Shown here in pieces: positions 31,880-41,727 of a DNA stretch of 64,000 bases. The position numbers were made by a program, and so were the translations under genes. This DNA is from a virus, in the IMG/VR virus record IMGVR_UViG_3300046822_000286; one strand, given 5' to 3'. The first letter of the stretch is position 1. Each line of letters begins with the position of its first letter. The notes under the pieces were generated by a model that saw only the letters and a program-made list of their open reading frames with translations, had not been told where the DNA came from and made no database searches.

Positions 31880-33571
31880 CTATGGTTCCGTCGCGATCAC
31901 CTGAGCGGCTCCTGTAGGCCAGCGTACCTTAAGTTCCATCTTGCCGCCGCCGTTCAGATGGAAATATAGCCGCCCATGCGATACCGGCGCATTCGCCGGG
32001 TCCGCAATACCAACGCCCTCAAGATACTGATAGATGGCTAACCATGACCCAAATACGCTTCCGTTCTGGCCAGCATCAAAGTTGACCGTGTTGAGACCGA
32101 ATCCCGCATTTCCTACCCCGACAATAGCAACGGTATCCGTGCTGGTGGAGTTCACAGCAGAATAGTTCTGGGCATACGGGATGGAAACGAGGTGAGTCGC
32201 TGGGACAAGGTGATTGATGCGTAGACCGCCACCGAGAGTCTCGCCAATGATGGTACCAATAGCGTCCGGGTCCACGGTAATAAAATCGCTCGCCGGAATC
32301 CCGATGAGTCTTCTGGATACACCCGTGCTGTTCAATTCACGAATGAAACCGAGATTCCCTAGATTCAGGATGCCGCTGGTACTAAAGGTATTCAGGCCCA
32401 GCGTTTGGGTTTCGCTTCGATAGACGAAGAACCCAGTAAATCCAGTCGTTGATAGAGTGCCTCCGTTCGCAGAGAAGTTCCAGTTGTTGAACATGAAGTC
32501 GGCGCAGGTCGCATCTGCGTTGAGGGCTGTGCCGTTCCCGATGTACCAGTAGTTGTCGATGCTGGCACCGTTGATGCCACGGAGGAATAGACCGCCGCCT
32601 TCGTTGAGAGTGGGGCCGTAGGCGTTGCGGATCGTCAACAACTGGATTGCGTCGCCACCGCTGAGGTTGCAGCGGAAGCAGTAGTGTGTCGCATCTTCGA
32701 CCTGCTCCCGTCCGACATTGTCGAAGCGAACCATCACTCGGGCACCGACTGCAGCACCGGTCCCATTCGATATGTAGTGGAAGCCATCGAAGCCTTTCAC
32801 CCATGCCTGATAGCCATCGAACAACATGTGCTGGATGAAGATATTGTCCTGGCAGGTAATGACGTGATTTTGGTTCGCGATAAGATTGCAGTTGCGGAAG
32901 TGAAAGTGGTCCGCGTCAATCGTGCTGTTCGGGTTCTTGCCAATGTAGATTGGATTGTCCGCTGCAATCGAGATGCGATTGAAGTCCGTGGCCTCGTGCC
33001 CATTAGTTTGAATGCCGATGCTGGAATTTGTGGCATCAGACCAGTATTGCGTTCCACCATGGACAACGCTTCCACCGACCACGATGTCCTCAACGTAGAA
33101 TTCGGCAGTCTGTACCGTGTTTAACGCCACCTTCACATAGGTAGAGTCATTGGAGAAAAAGCCAATACCGCTAATGCCGCCTGTGAATATTTCCTGACCG
33201 GAGTCAAACGCGAGGCATGTTCCATTGGCCGTCGGGGCGAATAGCAATTGTGTCGCTACGGGGCCAGCTCCTTTCAGGAAGACTCGATTGTTGGCAACGG
33301 TGACCTGACTTGTGGTCTTGTAGGTTCCAGGCGGGAACCAGATCAGGGAGTTGGCACCGGCGGCATTGATACACGCCTGGATGGCGGCAGTATCATCGTT
33401 GATGCCGTCTCCAATAGCGCCAAAGTCCTTGACGCTGTACATGCCGGCAAAGGTGTGCAGCCCGATCCGATGAAGAGTCTGCGTCGAACTATCCGGCAGC
33501 ACGACAGCGTCTGTGCCGAAACCGAGTTGCAGATCCTCTTCATGGATCTGGCCGAATATGATGTTTTCCAT
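31880..33571 (-). CDS. tailspike 1, pectate-lyase-3-type beta-helix depolymerase
   Basis: 563 aa. VKDFGAIGDGINDDTAAIQACINA hallmark. The N-terminal ~45 aa (MENIIFGQIHEEDL...STQTLHRIGLHTF) are shared with the two other tailspikes. Confidence 0.8.
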   Translation of the reverse strand: MENIIFGQIHEEDLQLGFGTDAVVLPDSSTQTLHRIGLHTFAGMYSVKDFGAIGDGINDDTAAIQACINAAGANSLIWFPPGTYKTTSQVTVANNRVFLKGAGPVATQLLFAPTANGTCLAFDSGQEIFTGGISGIGFFSNDSTYVKVALNTVQTAEFYVEDIVVGGSVVHGGTQYWSDATNSSIGIQTNGHEATDFNRISIAADNPIYIGKNPNSTIDADHFHFRNCNLIANQNHVITCQDNIFIQHMLFDGYQAWVKGFDGFHYISNGTGAAVGARVMVRFDNVGREQVEDATHYCFRCNLSGGDAIQLLTIRNAYGPTLNEGGGLFLRGINGASIDNYWYIGNGTALNADATCADFMFNNWNFSANGGTLSTTGFTGFFVYRSETQTLGLNTFSTSGILNLGNLGFIRELNSTGVSRRLIGIPASDFITVDPDAIGTIIGETLGGGLRINHLVPATHLVSIPYAQNYSAVNSTSTDTVAIVGVGNAGFGLNTVNFDAGQNGSVFGSWLAIYQYLEGVGIADPANAPVSHGRLYFHLNGGGKMELKVRWPTGAAQVIATEP

Positions 33572-33598
33572 AAGCCTTTAGTTCACCATACGAGTCAA

Positions 33599-34753
33599 TT
33601 ACGTCACCGAGGTGATCTGGCCGTCCGCGTTGACGACGACCGTGTGTGTTCCAAACGTATAGGTTCCCGGAGCGCCAACTCCAGCCGTCGGCACGACAAG
33701 GCTCGCTCGCGCTGTCGCTGCGGTCGTACCGCCCGTTCCACCATTCCCGAGCGGTAGCACGCCAGATACGTCGGCGGCGAGGGCGACTGCGGACCATGTC
33801 GGGGCTCCTGCGGCGTTACCATGCAGGACGGTCGTGGTGGTTCCCAGCGACGCCAGGACATCAAGTCTGCCAGTATTGGAACCGCCGCCAGAGGCGCCGA
33901 TCACCAGCGCGTTCGCTGTCAGCGCCGCCGACGTTTTGTAGGCCAGATCGCACGTTTCATCCGGGAAGTTATAGCCGCGGTTCCCGGTATTCCCGTGCTG
34001 GAGGGTGCCGCGGAACAGCGTTCCGGACTTGAAGCGGAGGAATTGATTCGCGATCACGTCGCGGATCGCCGTGGCATCGCCGCCGGTATTGATCCGGAAC
34101 GCCTCGGTGTTGTTCGTGTGGATGACGAGGTCGCGATACGTGCCGGCGCCGGTGATATCCGATTTGATCAGGTTGCCGCCGGTGCCCGGGAGAAGCCGGA
34201 TCGCTTCGGAATTGATTCCGACACGCACGACCAACAGGTCACCGGCGTTCGCGCTCGAGCCGACGATCAGCGCGTTCGACGTTACCGCAGCGTCCGTCGT
34301 CCCGGTCCCCACAATGATGTACGTGTTGTCGTCGCGGATCCTCGCCGATCCGAGCGTCGTCACCGTGTCCCAGCGAACCAATTGCAGACTGGACGATGCT
34401 GTGCCCACCGTCGGGCCGCTGCCCCCGCTGCCGCCAGACGTCCCCGGATTATCCGCCGGAGTCCCGGTCGGGCCGGGGTTCACCGAAGTCGTCTTGGCTA
34501 CGTAGGTCGCGTCGCCATATTCCTTGGTGATCAGATCCTTCGCTGCCGTAGGATCGGCCGCGTTGATGGCCTTGTGGCCACCGAGATCCAGATCGGAGGT
34601 AATGATCGGGACACCGAGGCTACCCTTCAGGTTGGCTAACTGCTCCCACGTGTAACGGAGCGCGCGGTTAACCTCGTTCCATTTCTCCGGATCGGAAGCT
34701 CGCTCGTTGATCTGGATGTATTTGGTGGTGCCCTGTACGTCCTGCTGGGCCAT
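33599..34753 (-). CDS. tail fibre protein
   Basis: Start moved to ATG 34753 (MAQQDVQGTTKY; TGATG overlap with the upstream stop). DLGGHKAINAADPTAAKDLITKEYGD and the C-terminal GVLPLGNGGTGGTTAATARASL are typical fibre motifs. Confidence 0.7.
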   Translation of the reverse strand: MAQQDVQGTTKYIQINERASDPEKWNEVNRALRYTWEQLANLKGSLGVPIITSDLDLGGHKAINAADPTAAKDLITKEYGDATYVAKTTSVNPGPTGTPADNPGTSGGSGGSGPTVGTASSSLQLVRWDTVTTLGSARIRDDNTYIIVGTGTTDAAVTSNALIVGSSANAGDLLVVRVGINSEAIRLLPGTGGNLIKSDITGAGTYRDLVIHTNNTEAFRINTGGDATAIRDVIANQFLRFKSGTLFRGTLQHGNTGNRGYNFPDETCDLAYKTSAALTANALVIGASGGGSNTGRLDVLASLGTTTTVLHGNAAGAPTWSAVALAADVSGVLPLGNGGTGGTTAATARASLVVPTAGVGAPGTYTFGTHTVVVNADGQITSVT

Positions 34754-37700
34754 CAGGCCGTCCTTTGAAGTTGCGCGCGATGATAGCCGCGCGGCTCCGC
34801 CAGCGGACGCCACTCGACATCCGACTGATCCAGGAAGATCTTGCAGCCGGTCGTCGTCGTGAACACGAATCGGAAGAGCATGCCCTTCAGCGCCGCTGGC
34901 ATTTTGAGTTGAATCTTGGCCCACCCGGAGCCGCTTGTGAGTTCAAACGTCCGGCTGTGCCGTAGAGCCTGGTCCACGTAGACATCCATGGTGACGATCG
35001 CTGGCGTGTTGCCGGCCACCCAGACGCGCCGGATGTACTTCCATCGGGTGTAGCCGAAATCCAACTCATACGTGTCGTAGCGGGTGGTCTGCAGCGGATC
35101 CCGCAGAAATTCGAATTGATGCTTGTAGTACCGGAAGCCGGCCGCGCTGGTGATGTTCAGCCGGACGAGCTTCGCCAGTAGATCGGCGGCGAGCGAGAAC
35201 GGGACAATCTGCCGCGTCGCCGCCTGTACCGTCAGTGTCTGGGCCGTTATGATCTGGTTGTTAGTCGGATCGTTCGTCTGGACGAGGATGGTGGCCGGCG
35301 TGTCGATCGTGTCGATCTCGAGTTGCATCTGCCGGAGCCGCTTATCCCCCGGATAACCGAGATCGTCCCAGTCCGTCACGAGTTTCGTCAGTGGCGAGAC
35401 GAGCGGAATATAGAAGAACGTGATCTTGTAAAACTTGACGAGAGCACCGGCGTTCTGACTGTTGAGCAATACCCTGACATTTCGAGCGAAGGTCTCATCG
35501 TCGAAGTTGAACGACATAATGTTCCGTCCAGCGCTACTCAACTGCCTGGTCTGGAAGAAGCCCTGCCCGTTGTCCCCCTGGACCTGGAACGTCATCGCCG
35601 CGCCCTGCGTGTCGCCGTCGATTTGGACTGCCACGAGTTGCTTGGTCTCCGTCGCGTTCCCGAAGTCGACGTACGAGGTACCCAACCGGAGCGCGATGTT
35701 GACGCCCTGGTCCTGATTGCTGGTGTAGCGCTGGTACACGAGGCCATCGCTCGCTCCGGAATAGAACTGGCTGACATCGTCCAACCGGAGGTAGGACGTC
35801 GAGGGACGGTCGGTCGGCTCCCATCGTTCGGTATCGAGATCGAGCGTGATTTCCAGACGGGTACCGTTGATATCGGTGTAGTTGAACCACACCTTGGCGT
35901 CGAAGAACTCCATCGTCTCGGTCGCCGCCTTCGTCTGATCGATCGGCGCCATAGAGCCATCCTCGCTGCCAAACCCGTGGAAGAGTCCATCGATCTGCAT
36001 CGAGACCTTTGTGGCGTATCCGCTGGCCGGCAGGGCATAGATGCCACCGTATGCCCGGTAGAAGATTCGGCCACGCCCGCGGCAGATGGCCTCGCCGAAC
36101 AGCCCTTCTTCGCTGCCTGTCGGAATTTGATCGAACGACTGCGCCGTTGAGCCGATGATCCGGTTCACGGTTTTGCGTGTGAACGCGAACAGTTGATCGT
36201 CGAGGCCGTACGGTTTGACCACCGGATCGCCGCCGGTCGACGCGACGATGAAGTTCGTATCCGCAAACGTCTCGATCGCAAACCGGTTCGAGTACCAGAT
36301 CCGATCGGTGTGCTGCGTATCGTCGGTCCAGACGCGGCCGGCATGGACTTCGCAGGTTGTCGGGTTGAACGCGTTGGCGCTAAGCCGCACCTCGGTGATA
36401 TGAACCGCTCCCGACAGTGCGGAGCCGAACGTCAGCCGAATGTAGAATGCCGACAGGCCGTTCGCCGTGTTCGTCGCCCAATTCTGCGGCAATTCGAACT
36501 GAATCGTTCCGGGCTGCGCTAGCGTCTTTCCGCTGACCGCCGTGCCATCGATCTGATTGATCACCGCGCGCCAGACCGCGCCGTCCCAATATTGCACGGT
36601 GAGCACGGAGGCGTTCGTGTTGACGTTCCCGTCCATCGCGATGAGGATCTGCCGGAACTGCTGATCGGCCCCGATGACGAGCCAGTTGTTGTTCAGCGTG
36701 CCGAGCGACGAAAGATCGGCGTAAGTTCCACCGTTATCATCGCTGACGTTCGCGGTGTAATCGGTGAACGCGCCGCCGTTGTTGACTGTCTTTCCGCATG
36801 ACGTGCAGGTCTGGCTTGGCGTCTGCAGCAAGTTCGCCAGTTCGATCTGCGTGAAGTCGGCCACGTCGCCAAGATCCTGATCCGGGACGCCGTCGGTGAT
36901 GGTCGTCGTACCGGTCCACGCGGTAACCGCCTGGCGTATCGACAACAGGTAGGCCGTGTTCGCGCCGCCGAACCGGTAGAGTTGAATGTGCGTTGCCTGC
37001 GTATCACGCGGATTGCGCACCGTCACGGTCGCCTTCGTCGCCTGGATCGTCGTGCCGGTCGTGTTCGCCGCCGGCACCATGTCTGGCGAGAACGGACTGG
37101 TCGTGCCCGTGTTCTCGTTCTCGTAACGGTAGATCCACAGGTAGTCCGTGCCGTCGAGCCGACCCGTCGTGGACCCCTGCATGATCAATCCGTCGACTCC
37201 GACGTTGACTCCGCTACCGGCGCCGGCCGTGACCTGTATCCGTACCGCAGCGACGTTGCCCCAGTTGTTGACGTGGGTGCCGACGCGAGTGAATTCGTTC
37301 TTCTTGACGAAGAGTTGCAGCCACTGATTCGCCCCGGTCGCAAGTTCGTCGGGTGGAATCTGCTGGAACCTTGGGTCCTGATTGTCGACGCCGGACAGTC
37401 GTACTGGCACGTTCGAGGCGAGGTCCTGCGTGGCCGTCGACGCCGTAGATGTGCTGGTGGCAGCCGGAGCGAGGATGTTCGCCGTGAAGGCCTTCCAGTA
37501 GAAATTCTGGGTGAAGTCGTTCGTGGCCGGGTCGACGTCGAACATCACCCGGACCTCGATGATGTACTGCGGCTTGTCGACGCGAACGTAGAGAACGATC
37601 CAATCGTTGTCATCCGAGTCGCCAGCGATCGCAAACTGGTTCAGGTTGATCGGCGCGAACGGCGTGACGCTGGCCGCGCTGGCCGTGATCGTTCCGGTCG

Positions 37701-38298
37701 CTCCGGCGGCAATCGCAATGTTGCCGGCGAACGATCCTTGTGCCGGGTTTGTCGATGATGTCGTGACCGTGGCCGTCGCGGCGGTCCACGCGTTCTGGAT
37801 CGCGAGGTTGGTGGCGTACTCAAACAGATCGATCGTCTTCGTTGTGGCGGCAGCCGCTACCGCCGAAGCCGCAGCCATCGGACCGGCAATGCCGAAGCCG
37901 GTCGTGAGCGCGCCGTTGTCCTTATACCTGGCGTTCGAATCGAACACGATCTCCTGCGGCAGGATCGATTCGTCGGGGCCGCCCTCGCGGAATGTCAACT
38001 GATTACCGGATAGTCCGGTCGCGATCTGCGTCCACTCCCGGTAGAGCGAGGTGCCGGCTCCCTGGTATCGATAAGCGGCCCCGGAGCCTGTGATGATGCG
38101 GCCCTGCGAGTGGACCGGTCCACCGAGGTTGATCACGTTCACCCTTGCGCTACCGCCGCGGGACTGGATCGATCCGGTCTTATTCGAGGTGAGGTTCAGG
38201 GACGATGTCAGGTAGCCTTCCGGCAACACGTCGCCGGGGCGGGAGATCATCAGCCCACGGTTCTCGAGATTAATCGTCAGTGATTGAACGTCAGCCAT
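34753..38298 (-). CDS. large tail structural protein (1,181 aa; nozzle/hub candidate)
   Basis: Long beta-rich ORF in the tail module. Function is inferred from size and position only. Confidence 0.8.
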   Translation of the reverse strand: MADVQSLTINLENRGLMISRPGDVLPEGYLTSSLNLTSNKTGSIQSRGGSARVNVINLGGPVHSQGRIITGSGAAYRYQGAGTSLYREWTQIATGLSGNQLTFREGGPDESILPQEIVFDSNARYKDNGALTTGFGIAGPMAAASAVAAAATTKTIDLFEYATNLAIQNAWTAATATVTTSSTNPAQGSFAGNIAIAAGATGTITASAASVTPFAPINLNQFAIAGDSDDNDWIVLYVRVDKPQYIIEVRVMFDVDPATNDFTQNFYWKAFTANILAPAATSTSTASTATQDLASNVPVRLSGVDNQDPRFQQIPPDELATGANQWLQLFVKKNEFTRVGTHVNNWGNVAAVRIQVTAGAGSGVNVGVDGLIMQGSTTGRLDGTDYLWIYRYENENTGTTSPFSPDMVPAANTTGTTIQATKATVTVRNPRDTQATHIQLYRFGGANTAYLLSIRQAVTAWTGTTTITDGVPDQDLGDVADFTQIELANLLQTPSQTCTSCGKTVNNGGAFTDYTANVSDDNGGTYADLSSLGTLNNNWLVIGADQQFRQILIAMDGNVNTNASVLTVQYWDGAVWRAVINQIDGTAVSGKTLAQPGTIQFELPQNWATNTANGLSAFYIRLTFGSALSGAVHITEVRLSANAFNPTTCEVHAGRVWTDDTQHTDRIWYSNRFAIETFADTNFIVASTGGDPVVKPYGLDDQLFAFTRKTVNRIIGSTAQSFDQIPTGSEEGLFGEAICRGRGRIFYRAYGGIYALPASGYATKVSMQIDGLFHGFGSEDGSMAPIDQTKAATETMEFFDAKVWFNYTDINGTRLEITLDLDTERWEPTDRPSTSYLRLDDVSQFYSGASDGLVYQRYTSNQDQGVNIALRLGTSYVDFGNATETKQLVAVQIDGDTQGAAMTFQVQGDNGQGFFQTRQLSSAGRNIMSFNFDDETFARNVRVLLNSQNAGALVKFYKITFFYIPLVSPLTKLVTDWDDLGYPGDKRLRQMQLEIDTIDTPATILVQTNDPTNNQIITAQTLTVQAATRQIVPFSLAADLLAKLVRLNITSAAGFRYYKHQFEFLRDPLQTTRYDTYELDFGYTRWKYIRRVWVAGNTPAIVTMDVYVDQALRHSRTFELTSGSGWAKIQLKMPAALKGMLFRFVFTTTTGCKIFLDQSDVEWRPLAEPRGYHRAQLQRTA

Positions 38299-38313
38299 TG
38301 TTTTTAGTGCTCA

Positions 38314-40008
38314 TTAATGCTGCCAGATGTCGAGGCGTAAATTACCAATAGCTAGATCAATGTCGCCTCCAGTGCCGTTTCTCAGCACGACCGTTACGAC
38401 ACCTGGAGAACTGACATATCCAGTGAGTTGCATCCCCTGTAAATCAAGGTCGAATGATGGAGTAACAGTATCTCCAAGCACGACATTGGGGACGTTAAAC
38501 GTGGCCGTGATTTGAGATCCATTCACAACATTAGCCGGATTCCATGAAGCTATGTATGCTATCGTATTCGACCATTCACCAGTGAGGCCGAGGCCGATAC
38601 CAAACTTAGCGCCATTGAACAGTGTGAGAGGAAAATTGCCCGCTGCTCCACCACCGAGGCTTGCATAGTGCGTGCCACCGAGATAGAAGTCAACTGCACC
38701 CATCAAACCGGGACTTCCTGGCTGCAGAATCGTTCTCGCTACGGCATCCTGCCCCGATTGAATAGCCCCGGAAGGAAAGATCTTAGCGAATTCAGTCGAT
38801 GCGATATCATCTGTAACCTTGAAAACAGCAGCGCCTGCCTGTGCGGCCGACGCTCGTACTCGAAGCAGCGTTGGAGCATTCAGCCGGTTGTTGACATCTA
38901 CAGAATCTCCGTAAAAACGATTCTCGTAACTAAAGGTATCAGGTCCAGGAGTAAAACGAATGAGAGGTGATCTAACCGTCAAATCCGGCTGGTTATCTGT
39001 AATCGTTCCAATGTAGATCAACTGCCCGGTAAGGTACGCATTCAAGCCAAGGACCCCGATGACGATATCCTTAAATTGCCCGCCAATCAGAGCAATGCCT
39101 CGACCCTGATTGAAATTGAACTTGTTGGTTGAATTGATCCCAATGAATTGAGAATAGCCAATACCGTTCAACAGCACGTCTTCAGTCGCGTTGGACTCAA
39201 AGTCCATGCTGATGACGCTCAGGTTAAATGTCTGCTGGTAGATTTCCAGTCCACGGTTGTTAGATTCAGAGAACCCGCGCAACGTCATGAAATCCGTGAA
39301 CCCCATTTTAATTCCAGAACCAGATACGCTTTCCACAATTAGATAGGCTTCAGATCCAGTAGCCGCGTGGTTAACATCCAATCCAGCAAAATCTATACCA
39401 ACCGCTGGCTGGACCGTGTAGTTATTACCTGGACAATCGTTGTTTGAGACCCGCACATCATATTGATTGCCGACAGCGAACTTGACGAGCATGCCGGTCG
39501 ATGCGACGTTCTGGATACGCAAGTTCAGAAACTTCGAGTGGTGCTGCGAGGTGATCTGCAGTCCGTTCTGGACGTTCGCGTTACCGCGAATGGTCAGGTT
39601 CGAGATCTCGTTGTTGAAGTAGAGAACGCTTGAAGTGCCGTCGTCCCCTACCACGTAAGTCGTGACGCCGCCGACGTACTGCAGGATAGCCGTTGGATCT
39701 GCGGCGAGAATTTTGACATTGCTGCGTGTCAATGTCCAAGGCTGCGAGATTCTGTATGTCGAGTTTCCAGGAAAGTACAGTGTCCCGCCTGGGCTAACGG
39801 CGTTGTAGGCGGCGATGATTGCCGCATAGTCGTCAGTGATGCCGTCCCCCATGGCACCAAACTCTTTGACGTTTAAGATGCCAGTGAACGTATGCATCCC
39901 GATCTTGTGGAGGGTCTGCGTCGAGCCGTCCGGCAACCCGACGGCAACCGCGCCGTCTCCTATCGCTAGGTCCTCTTCGAAGATGGGTCCGAATACGATG
40001 TTTTCCAT
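38314..40008 (-). CDS. tailspike 2, pectate-lyase-3-type beta-helix depolymerase
   Basis: 564 aa. VKEFGAMGDGITDDYAAIIAAYNA, with the shared N-terminal anchor MENIVFGPIFEEDL...STQTLHKIGMHTF. The body is visibly more A/T-rich than its surroundings. Confidence 0.8.
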   Translation of the reverse strand: MENIVFGPIFEEDLAIGDGAVAVGLPDGSTQTLHKIGMHTFTGILNVKEFGAMGDGITDDYAAIIAAYNAVSPGGTLYFPGNSTYRISQPWTLTRSNVKILAADPTAILQYVGGVTTYVVGDDGTSSVLYFNNEISNLTIRGNANVQNGLQITSQHHSKFLNLRIQNVASTGMLVKFAVGNQYDVRVSNNDCPGNNYTVQPAVGIDFAGLDVNHAATGSEAYLIVESVSGSGIKMGFTDFMTLRGFSESNNRGLEIYQQTFNLSVISMDFESNATEDVLLNGIGYSQFIGINSTNKFNFNQGRGIALIGGQFKDIVIGVLGLNAYLTGQLIYIGTITDNQPDLTVRSPLIRFTPGPDTFSYENRFYGDSVDVNNRLNAPTLLRVRASAAQAGAAVFKVTDDIASTEFAKIFPSGAIQSGQDAVARTILQPGSPGLMGAVDFYLGGTHYASLGGGAAGNFPLTLFNGAKFGIGLGLTGEWSNTIAYIASWNPANVVNGSQITATFNVPNVVLGDTVTPSFDLDLQGMQLTGYVSSPGVVTVVLRNGTGGDIDLAIGNLRLDIWQH

Positions 40009-40011
40009 GCT

Positions 40012-41727
40012 CTACGAAATCCTCAGTGCCAGTATTTCCGCCTCGCGGATCACAATCGATCCGGCGGACGGACCAACGTCGACCGATGCGAACAGGGTGA
40101 TCGCGTCGGTCGTGTTGAGCGTGCCGTAAGGGACTGTCGGTAGTTCGATGACCATCGCATCCGCTGTCTTCGTCGTCACGATATCGAGCGCCAGAAACGT
40201 CGTACCGTTGGTGAGGTCCGATGCAGTGTTGTTCGTCCGGCGCAGTTTTACCGTTACGGTTTGATGACCGGCGAACGTCGCTCCTACATACTCGACAACG
40301 ACACGACTGAAGAGTAGGTAGGTCCCGATTTTGCTCAGTACGATGCTCGGACTGGTCGTTCCGAATGCCACGGCCGCCGGAGTCGTCGTGATCGTGTAGG
40401 CCGTACCGGATCCATGCGCCGACGTAGTCGCGCCGATCTGGCCACCGTTGATCCGGTACTGGGCGATGTTGCCGGTACCATCGACGAGATCAAGGACGGG
40501 TTTGGAATAGCCAACGCCGGTCTCGTCGAATCCCATTGCGGTCCGCAGCGCGCCAACAACCGACAGGGAAGCGCCAGCATTAATGTTCCAGAAGTTCGCT
40601 TCCTCGTCTCCGCTGCAGGAAGAATCGAGATTGAGCGCGACGCCAAGCCCATCGTAAAAATTTATCTCCAGCAGGTAGTTTCGCGCCGTCCGCATGAAGA
40701 TGAAGTTGCGGGTGCTGTCGCTGGTGCAGTTACTGATCAGCACGGAGAACATCTGCTGCGTCGGGTTCAGATGGAACACGTAGTTGCCGCCGCCAGCGCC
40801 GGCTCCCTGTTCGGCCCGAACGTTATGGAAGGCGATGTTGTATGCCGGGGTCGAGCCGTTATAGCCGGTCCACTGGATCCCGTGAGACCCGCCAACCCAT
40901 GCCTGGTATCCGTCCCATGTGCAGTTCGTCAGCCAGACGCCACTATCCACCAACCAGCATGGTTGGGACGCGTCCGCAATGAAGTAGATATTCGAGAAAT
41001 GAAAGTGGTCGGCGGCCACGACGGAGGTATTCGGATCCGTCTTGATATGGCACGGGAGATCGCAGTTGAACGTCAGTCGATCACCGATAAACGCCTGCCG
41101 ACCGTTGATTTCAAGGCCGACCGACGATTTGGTTCCATCGCTCCAATTCGAGATCGCGATGTTGCTGACTTCCATCTCTTCTGAGTCGATGATCTGGAAG
41201 GCCGTCTTCACCTGGGAATTTCCTGTCGCATCCATGGTGAATCCGGACAGTTTGATCTGGGCGATCGCAACCGCAGTGAGCGCCTGGCATTTGATAGCCG
41301 ATGCGGTAGTGGACGGGCTGTACTGCAGGACCGTTGCGTTCTGCCCCTGTCCGAGTATCTGACATCCTCCGCTCGTGATTAGTATCCCAGGATTGGCGAG
41401 CAGTTGGATCGAACCCATCGGCAGTAGAAGTGCGATCTGCTTGCTGAGTGTGATCGTCGCAGCGGCCGATTGCGCGCCGGTCAGGCCGCGGCAGTCGATC
41501 ACGCCGCCCGCTGCTGGGAGGGCCGCTACGGCCGTGTTAATTTTCGCCCCGATATCGGAGCCTGTAAAATCAGACGCGTTGACGTACGCGGTTCCGAGGA
41601 AACTCTGGATGCCGATCTTTGTGAGCGTCTGCTGGGAATTGTCCGGCAGCGTGATGTCGGCCACCGTGCCGTTACCGACCTGTAGATCTTCCAGAAAGAT
41701 CGGACCGAAGACGATCGTGTCAGCCAT
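40012..41727 (-). CDS. tailspike 3 (beta-helix-like), same N-terminal anchor
   Basis: 571 aa. MADTIVFGPIFLEDLQVGNG...SQQTLTKIGIQSF aligns with the anchors of tailspikes 1 and 2, but the body is different. Confidence 0.7.
   Translation of the reverse strand: MADTIVFGPIFLEDLQVGNGTVADITLPDNSQQTLTKIGIQSFLGTAYVNASDFTGSDIGAKINTAVAALPAAGGVIDCRGLTGAQSAAATITLSKQIALLLPMGSIQLLANPGILITSGGCQILGQGQNATVLQYSPSTTASAIKCQALTAVAIAQIKLSGFTMDATGNSQVKTAFQIIDSEEMEVSNIAISNWSDGTKSSVGLEINGRQAFIGDRLTFNCDLPCHIKTDPNTSVVAADHFHFSNIYFIADASQPCWLVDSGVWLTNCTWDGYQAWVGGSHGIQWTGYNGSTPAYNIAFHNVRAEQGAGAGGGNYVFHLNPTQQMFSVLISNCTSDSTRNFIFMRTARNYLLEINFYDGLGVALNLDSSCSGDEEANFWNINAGASLSVVGALRTAMGFDETGVGYSKPVLDLVDGTGNIAQYRINGGQIGATTSAHGSGTAYTITTTPAAVAFGTTSPSIVLSKIGTYLLFSRVVVEYVGATFAGHQTVTVKLRRTNNTASDLTNGTTFLALDIVTTKTADAMVIELPTVPYGTLNTTDAITLFASVDVGPSAGSIVIREAEILALRIS

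Noticed and set aside
31880-41727. BPP-1-style diversity-generating retroelement acting on fibre/spike genes
   Set aside because: No reverse transcriptase ORF was found, and I could not spot a template/variable repeat pair in or after the receptor-binding genes.
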